From assembly GCA_903908245.1 (NCBI GenBank), contig CAIVRE010000020.1, forward strand, positions 2,758 to 66,757: a stretch of DNA of 64,000 nucleotides, read 5' to 3'. A program made the position numbers and the translations under genes. The stretch is from Candidatus Omnitrophota bacterium (GTDB taxonomy: Bacteria; Omnitrophota; Gorgyraeia; Zapsychrales; Fredricksoniimonadaceae). Below, one piece after another: positions 57,985 through 64,000 of the stretch. Each line of letters opens with the position of its first letter. The first letter of the stretch is position 1. Under the pieces are notes generated by a model that searched no databases, had not been told where the DNA came from, and saw only the letters and a list, made by a program, of their open reading frames with translations.

Positions 57985-60900
57985 TTCGCCCTCCTTGGAT
58001 TGACGCGCAACCGACCTAATGCTGCCAGCATAGACTGCACGCTTGATTTCATCCGGGACAAAAACGACCCGGATGTTTTTGGTAAACCTGAATGACCATT
58101 TTTCGGCCTCATAACCATGTAATAAACGACCGGTATAGCGGTGCGTGCCAAGAGCGTTGAGGCGATCTCCCCGGCCATCAAGGACAATGCGAGCCCCTGA
58201 AAGATCGGATCGAACAGGATAACCGAAGCACCAACGACAACCGCCGCCGCTGTCAAAAGCATAGGGCGGAATCTCTTGGCCCCGGCATCAATGACAGCCT
58301 CTTCCAACGGCATCCCTTCCCTGACGCGCAGTTCGATAAAATCCACAAGGATGATCGAGTTGCGCACAACGATCCCTGCCCCCGCGATCATGCCGATCAT
58401 AGACGTAGCTGTAAAGAACATCCCCGTCATCCAGTGCGCTGGTAAGATACCGACCAGCGTCAGAGGAATAGGTAGCATGATGATGAACGGCGTCTTGAAC
58501 GACTGGAACCATCCCACAACAAGCGTAAAGATCAGGATCAGTACAATCGCGAAAGCAATCCCGAGATCACGGAATACTTCAAATGTAATCTGCCATTCTC
58601 CGTCCCATTTGATCGACCAGCGGTCATTGGTTTCCGGCTGGTTCGTGAACAAGAGATCCGGCTTCTTTTGCGCTTCAAGTTTCGGCTCCGGAAGTGACAA
58701 CTTTTCAAGTCCGCCGTTCAGATCCATCATGGCATACACGGGGCTATCAAACCGGCCCTGAACATCTCCGATCACATATGACACCCGTTCAAGATTCTTG
58801 TGATAGATCGTATAGTCCTTAAATGTCTTCTCGACAGTGACGAGATCTTTGATCGGTATCCGGTTGCCGAACCTGGATAAGACAGTCATGTCTAAAGTCG
58901 CGTCTAAAGTTTCACGCTTTTCTTTCGGCAACCTCATAACGATCTCCAGAGGTTCATTCTCACCAGAAAGATGCGCGAGATCAGTCTTGCTCCCCTGGAT
59001 CGTGCCGGAAATAATCGCTGCCACAGAATCCACCGGAACCCCGTTCAAAGAACATTTCTGTTTGTCGATTTTTAAACTATCCAGCTTCTCCTGACGCCCG
59101 ACATAACTGTCAACGTCCGTAACGCCAGAGTTGCTATTAAAAAGAGCCTCGACATCACCGGCAAGCTTGCGCTGACCTTCTAATGTCGGACCGTATACCT
59201 CCAACACCAGCGTCGAGAGCACCGGTGGGCCCGGCGGGACTTCCGCGACCTGAACATGTCCGTTGTATTTTGAAACGATCTCATGCACCTTGGAACGAAC
59301 AGAAGTCGCGATCGCATGACTCTGGCGCTTACGCTCATCCTTCCCAACTAAATTAACCTGAAGATCGGCCTGCCATGGTTTGGAGCGCAGAAAATAATAA
59401 CGGACCAGTCCATTAAAATTGTACGGCGCACTCGTCCCAACATAAGCCGTGATATTCTTCACTTCCGGCGTTGCGCTGATATAGGTCGCCAGTTCATTGA
59501 TAGCCGCCTTGGTCTGATCCAAAGACGCGCCTTCCGGCATGTCCAACACCACCTGGAACTCATTCTTGTTATCAAACGGCAGCATCTTAACCTTGACCAG
59601 TTTAAGCGGAACAAGCATGATCGCAGCGGCCAGCATCACCAAAAGCACGATGATAAACCCTTTACGAACCTTCGAACTATAGATCAACGGCTTCATGTAC
59701 GAACGATAGATCCTCGTCAAAAGATCGTCTTGTTCCCCATGCTCACCATGATCCTTGAGCTTTCCCTGCCGTTGTGCATGCCCAAGTATCCTGTAGGCAG
59801 CCCACGGTGTAGCGACAAACGCCACCATCATAGAAAAGACCATGGCCATGCTGGCCCCAATCGGAATCGGACGCATGTACGGCCCCATCAGGCCGCTGAC
59901 AAACGCCATGGGCAAGATTGCCGCAATTACTGTGAGCGTGGCGAGGATAAGCGGACTTTGAACTTCCTTGAAAGCCTCAATCGTTACATCCAATAGATCG
60001 CGCCCCTTGTTCTTCGCCATGCGAAGATGCCGGACGATATTCTCAACTCCAACTATAGGATCATCGACCAGAATACCGATAGAGAATATAAGCGCAAAAA
60101 GCGTGATCCGGTTCAGCGTGAAGCCAAGAAAATAGAACCCCGCCAACGTCAAAGACAGCGTCATTGGGATCGCGATAGCCACAACCCCTGATTCACGCCA
60201 ACCCAGCGCAAACGCCATCAGGAGAGTCACGGCAACAACCGCGATCAGCATGTGAAAAAGAAGCTCGTTGGACTTCTCATCCGCCGTTGCACCATAATTA
60301 CGAGTGACGGTATAGGTAACATCACCGGGGATCACCTCTCCCTGTAAGCCTTCGACCCTTTTCAATATCTTTTCACACAGCCGTGAAGCGTTGGAACCTT
60401 TCCTTTTCGAGACCGAAAGCGTCACTGCATCGAACGGCCCTTTAGCACTGGACTTGTCCGCCGCACCAAAACGGATATCAACCGCGTTTTCCTCTTCATC
60501 AGGACCGTCGACAATCCTGGCAATGTCCTTCAAATAAACCTGTCCACCCTGGCTGACGCTGATCACAAGGTTCTCTAGATCTTCTTTAGACCGGAAGAAC
60601 CCGTCAGCTTCAACATTCACAAGCTCCGGGCTGCTTTCCAGATGCCCTGCCGATGTCTTCACATTGGCTTGCTGGATCAAACGGCTTATTTCAAGAGGGT
60701 TCAGGAACCGCTCGTTCAATTTCGCTTCATCAAGATACACATGAAACTGTCTCTTGCGACCGCCTGTGATGCCGGTTTCAGATACATCCGGGATCGCGCT
60801 AATACTATTCTGAACATCAGACACAACCTTTCGCAGGCGCACCTGATCGGCTTTCTCGCCATGGAACGTCAATGTCATCACTGGGACATCATCGATCGAC

Positions 60901-61316
60901 CGGATCTTGATGAACGGCTGAGAACCGCCTTTGGCAAGCACATCAAGATTAGAGTGAACCTTTGTGTAAAGCTTGATCAGGCTCTTCTCAACATCTTCAC
61001 CAACCTTAAACCGGACGGTGATAACCGCGCCTTCAGCCTGAGTAATGGAATAGACATACTCAACGCCATTGATCTCCCAAAGCTTGCGTTCACCAACGTT
61101 GACGATACGACGTTCGACCTCTTCCGCCGTAGCCCCCGGATAGGAAACAAAAATATCAAACATCGGCACGGATATCTGCGGCTCCTCTTCCCTCGGCAGG
61201 TTGATGACGGCCATCACACCCAGAAAGATCGAAAAGCCGATAATAAGGGGCGTGACCTTTGACTTAACAAAGACCCCGACAACCCGGGCGATAAAACCTT
61301 CTTGCGGTGTGCTCAT
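57981..61316 (-). CDS. RND efflux permease (AcrB/CzcA family).
   Basis: 1111 aa with 12 transmembrane helices and two large periplasmic loops. N-terminal AcrB-like motif. Confidence 0.9.
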   Translation of the reverse strand: MSTPQEGFIARVVGVFVKSKVTPLIIGFSIFLGVMAVINLPREEEPQISVPMFDIFVSYPGATAEEVERRIVNVGERKLWEINGVEYVYSITQAEGAVITVRFKVGEDVEKSLIKLYTKVHSNLDVLAKGGSQPFIKIRSIDDVPVMTLTFHGEKADQVRLRKVVSDVQNSISAIPDVSETGITGGRKRQFHVYLDEAKLNERFLNPLEISRLIQQANVKTSAGHLESSPELVNVEADGFFRSKEDLENLVISVSQGGQVYLKDIARIVDGPDEEENAVDIRFGAADKSSAKGPFDAVTLSVSKRKGSNASRLCEKILKRVEGLQGEVIPGDVTYTVTRNYGATADEKSNELLFHMLIAVVAVTLLMAFALGWRESGVVAIAIPMTLSLTLAGFYFLGFTLNRITLFALIFSIGILVDDPIVGVENIVRHLRMAKNKGRDLLDVTIEAFKEVQSPLILATLTVIAAILPMAFVSGLMGPYMRPIPIGASMAMVFSMMVAFVATPWAAYRILGHAQRQGKLKDHGEHGEQDDLLTRIYRSYMKPLIYSSKVRKGFIIVLLVMLAAAIMLVPLKLVKVKMLPFDNKNEFQVVLDMPEGASLDQTKAAINELATYISATPEVKNITAYVGTSAPYNFNGLVRYYFLRSKPWQADLQVNLVGKDERKRQSHAIATSVRSKVHEIVSKYNGHVQVAEVPPGPPVLSTLVLEVYGPTLEGQRKLAGDVEALFNSNSGVTDVDSYVGRQEKLDSLKIDKQKCSLNGVPVDSVAAIISGTIQGSKTDLAHLSGENEPLEIVMRLPKEKRETLDATLDMTVLSRFGNRIPIKDLVTVEKTFKDYTIYHKNLERVSYVIGDVQGRFDSPVYAMMDLNGGLEKLSLPEPKLEAQKKPDLLFTNQPETNDRWSIKWDGEWQITFEVFRDLGIAFAIVLILIFTLVVGWFQSFKTPFIIMLPIPLTLVGILPAHWMTGMFFTATSMIGMIAGAGIVVRNSIILVDFIELRVREGMPLEEAVIDAGAKRFRPMLLTAAAVVVGASVILFDPIFQGLALSLMAGEIASTLLARTAIPVVYYMVMRPKNGHSGLPKTSGSFLSRMKSSVQSMLAALGRLRVNPRRAK

Positions 61317-62695
61317 AGCCCGGCTCCTTCTGCTAATTTCTTCATTTCATCTTCATTGAGTTGACCGGTCAAGAAAAGCAATCGCGCCTCTGACAACCAA
61401 ATTCCCATCAAAGCCTTGTTATATGATTGTGCTGACTGTAAATAGGCCCGACGGACTTCTAACAGGTCCGCGATTGACTTGCGCCCTTCACTATAAAGCG
61501 GTACCACAAGGGTCACCGCCTCTTTTGCATCATCGGTCATGCCTTTTAGAACAGCCATGTTATCCCGGAGCGTGTCATAACGTGCGGTTTCTTCGGTAAT
61601 GTCGCGTCCGATAGAATCTTTGAGAATCTGAACATTGTGTTCCAGCTGATCTTTTCTGGCTTTCGCCTCTTTAACCCGTCCCTCACGCGAAGGATCAAAG
61701 AGCGGCAATTCAGCCTTAACGCCGACGGTATAGTTATTCCCGCCTGATTCTCCGACATTGTTCCTGTCATTGGTCGCATCACCAAATGCGCTTAAAGTCG
61801 GTAATACCGTCGATTTCTCACGGGACAGTTCGAAATCAAAAGCCTGAAGACGAGCGTTAAGCGAAGACAAATCAGGACGATTGGCCAATGCCATTTCCAT
61901 TAACTTCTGCTGATCCTGTAATGGCGCTTCTGCCTCTTTGATCGTACTGGTAAGCGTCCAGGCCTTATCCACTGACTCGCCCATCAAGATATTCAAAAGT
62001 GCTGTCATAGCGATCTTCTGACGAGCGATCTCATTCTTCATCCGCGTAAAATCGCCGAACATAACACGAGCTGAATAGTAGTCTGCGCCCAAAATCATGC
62101 CCTTGTCCTTCAGATCCTTTGCCTTTTGAAGATCATCATCAGAGTTCTTCTGCACCTCATTGATAATAGCTGATAGTTTTTCCAATGTCAGCGCGTTCAA
62201 ATAAGCGTCTTGCGCCATCAGCAGCGCTTCCATTTTTGTGTACACCTCATCCGCTTGGGATGCTTTCACAAACTCTCTGGCTGAACGCGCCCGACCAATC
62301 GTCTGCATGGCATCAAAGAGCGGCCATTCCGCATGAACCCCGGCAGAAAAGTCCTGATGATGGTCTGGCGTATTCAATCGCTTGAGATCAAAGTCAGCCG
62401 ATGTGAAACGTTCCTGACGAAGAAGCATGCCAAACACATTCACCGGATCATCGCTGACCTTATATCCGGCTGACAAGTCCAAAGAAGGCCAAAACCCTGA
62501 CTGTGCCTGCATCTTCTTTGCCAATGCAATATCAACATCGCTATGAGCGGCTTTAAGCTTTGGATAATACGCGAGAACTTTCTGGGAGAATGCCTGAAAC
62601 GATAAGGCGGGCGCGCTGGACGACACTTCACCGGCGAATGACGCCGTTGTAAAAAGGATTCCAGTAAAAACAGCCAAGAGTAGTCGAGATAGCAT
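61313..62695 (-). CDS. TolC-family outer-membrane efflux factor. The start is MLSRLLL.
   Basis: Signal peptide plus a duplicated OEP coiled-coil/beta repeat architecture. About 460 aa. Confidence 0.75.
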   Translation of the reverse strand: MLSRLLLAVFTGILFTTASFAGEVSSSAPALSFQAFSQKVLAYYPKLKAAHSDVDIALAKKMQAQSGFWPSLDLSAGYKVSDDPVNVFGMLLRQERFTSADFDLKRLNTPDHHQDFSAGVHAEWPLFDAMQTIGRARSAREFVKASQADEVYTKMEALLMAQDAYLNALTLEKLSAIINEVQKNSDDDLQKAKDLKDKGMILGADYYSARVMFGDFTRMKNEIARQKIAMTALLNILMGESVDKAWTLTSTIKEAEAPLQDQQKLMEMALANRPDLSSLNARLQAFDFELSREKSTVLPTLSAFGDATNDRNNVGESGGNNYTVGVKAELPLFDPSREGRVKEAKARKDQLEHNVQILKDSIGRDITEETARYDTLRDNMAVLKGMTDDAKEAVTLVVPLYSEGRKSIADLLEVRRAYLQSAQSYNKALMGIWLSEARLLFLTGQLNEDEMKKLAEGAGL

Positions 62696-62706
62696 CTTTA
62701 TTCTCC

Positions 62707-63624
62707 TTATAAAATACTTCGTACAACCAATAAAGAAACAACAGAGATCAGCACCCATAAGATAACGCCCTGGACAACCGGTTTTACTCCAACGGTCTTC
62801 AATGTTTCCCGAGACAAACCAGCCCCGATCAAAAATAGCGTAATCGTTAATCCGATCTTGGAAACATTTACAACCCCTGCATATACTACCTTAAAGTCAG
62901 GAAGAAACGTCACGATCAAAGATGCCCCAATAAACCCAAGAATAAAATACGGAAATTGTATCTTTACTGCCTTGTTCTTTACGGCGATCGCCGTCCCCAA
63001 AGCGACCGGAATGATCCATAAGGCCCTGGTCAATTTTACTGTTGTCGCGATCTTGAGGGCTTCATCTCCATATCGAGCCGCCGCGCCAACGACTGAACTA
63101 GTGTCATGGATCGCGATCGCTGACCACATCCCAAACTGTTTCATTGTTAACCCTAAATAATGCCCCATGGGCGGAAACAAAAAGAGCGCGACCGAATTAA
63201 GAATAAATACCGTACCAAGCGAGATCGCCACTTCGTTCTCATCCGCATCGATTACCGGAGCAATAGCAGCAATAGCGCTCCCACCACAGATAGCTGTTCC
63301 GGTAGCTATCAAATAAGATGTTTTCTTGTTTATCGACATCCATTGCCCGATTAGATAGCCAACGATCAATGTGCCAAGGATCGAAACAATCGTAAAAAGA
63401 ACACCCGTCTTTCCTGCATTAACAACCTCGCCAAAATTCAACCCAAACCCCAGCCCAATGACAGATACCTGGAGAAGATACTTAATAACCCGTCCGTTAA
63501 ACTGCTTAAACGGATGGCCCACCGTAAATGCTATAACCAACCCCAATGCCAGCGCCAACGGCGGTGACGCCCAGGGCGTCAAACAAAAGAAAAGACCAGC
63601 AATGAAAATTATCTGCGGCATCAC
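62707..63624 (-). CDS. YeiH/UPF0324-family membrane transporter.
   Basis: 305 aa and polytopic, with YeiH-like conserved blocks. Confidence 0.6.
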   Translation of the reverse strand: MMPQIIFIAGLFFCLTPWASPPLALALGLVIAFTVGHPFKQFNGRVIKYLLQVSVIGLGFGLNFGEVVNAGKTGVLFTIVSILGTLIVGYLIGQWMSINKKTSYLIATGTAICGGSAIAAIAPVIDADENEVAISLGTVFILNSVALFLFPPMGHYLGLTMKQFGMWSAIAIHDTSSVVGAAARYGDEALKIATTVKLTRALWIIPVALGTAIAVKNKAVKIQFPYFILGFIGASLIVTFLPDFKVVYAGVVNVSKIGLTITLFLIGAGLSRETLKTVGVKPVVQGVILWVLISVVSLLVVRSIL

Positions 63625-63625
63625 T

Positions 63626-64000
63626 TTACCCTTTTCGCCCGGTTACCAAGAAGACATCAAACACCCTGTCCTGGCCATCTGCCCCTGTCTTCTTCATTTG
63701 TGCGGCAGTCATAAAATGAACATCCGTGAATCCTGCGTCTACGAACAATCCACCAAGCTTCTCCCGGTTAAAGCCAAAATGAAAGACTCCGTCGTTATTA
63801 TCATGAAACCGACCACCTTCTTCATCCAGGTCAGCAATGGCGATCTGCCCGCCCGGAAGCAATGCCCCATAAAAATGTTCAAGAAGCTTTTGAGTATCTT
63901 TAACATGATGAAGTGTCATGCTGCTTACGACCGCATGATAATGATCGCCGACGACATCGCCCTTGGTTAAATCAAGATAACGCGTCTTAACATTATCTAC
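63626..64000 (-). CDS. Class I SAM-dependent methyltransferase. It is truncated by the window edge.
   Basis: The reading frame stays open to position 64000. The C-terminal methyltransferase region is LLPGGQIAIADL. Confidence 0.5.
   Translation of the reverse strand, partial: VDNVKTRYLDLTKGDVVGDHYHAVVSSMTLHHVKDTQKLLEHFYGALLPGGQIAIADLDEEGGRFHDNNDGVFHFGFNREKLGGLFVDAGFTDVHFMTAAQMKKTGADGQDRVFDVFLVTGRKG

Overview
This is a bacterial chromosomal window. Nearly all genes sit on the minus strand. The only plus-strand genes are hisK, ispH and murB.

The window holds three blocks.

- **1..10237, a tightly translationally coupled operon.** It encodes an F-type (MPF-F-like) type IV secretion core. Going downstream on the minus strand it continues, with no break, into a lipoprotein, a secretin, a GspL-like PilM/PilN-type fusion protein and a further membrane protein. 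The F-type core comprises a TraA-like pilin, TraL, TraE, TraK, TraB, TraV and the VirB4-family ATPase TraC. A polytopic membrane protein is encoded upstream of the pilin. The secretin, GspL-like and membrane-protein components are type II secretion / type IV pilus parts. No relaxase or coupling protein is visible in the window. This hybrid architecture is the most unusual thing here.
- **10350..49673, a housekeeping backbone.**
  - Central metabolism and amino-acid genes: a U32 peptidase, a GT-C membrane glycosyltransferase, fba, pilD, aroE, leuA, ilvC, pfkA, ahcY and metK.
  - PTS genes: ptsI, ptsH, a yvcK-like gene and ptsN.
  - A tRNA cluster: tRNA-Lys, tRNA-Leu and tRNA-Gly.
  - The frr-pyrH-tsf-rpsB translation operon.
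  - Plus-strand hisK, the divergent ispG/ispH pair, and murB.
  - A TMTC-like GT-C/TPR protein directly downstream of an nfu-rrf2-sufBCDSU iron-sulfur cluster operon.
  - A MORN-repeat protein, lhgO, metWX, nadA and miaB.
- **49583 to about 55560, a small integrated element inserted at the very 5' end of miaB.** It carries a large serine recombinase whose 3' end overlaps the miaB start, and an HTH excisionase-like protein. It also carries small ORFs, a PrimPol/SF3-type primase-helicase, a CTCAC-motif non-coding region, and an array of about 11 degenerate ~62-bp-period direct repeats. Those repeats have a palindromic GCGTATATACGC-like box and look like iterons.

Downstream of the element lie a stand-alone receiver plus histidine kinase, a DUF2892 protein, an RND permease and a TolC-like outer membrane factor. 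There is no periplasmic adaptor gene between the RND permease and the TolC-like gene. The window ends with a YeiH-family transporter and a truncated methyltransferase.
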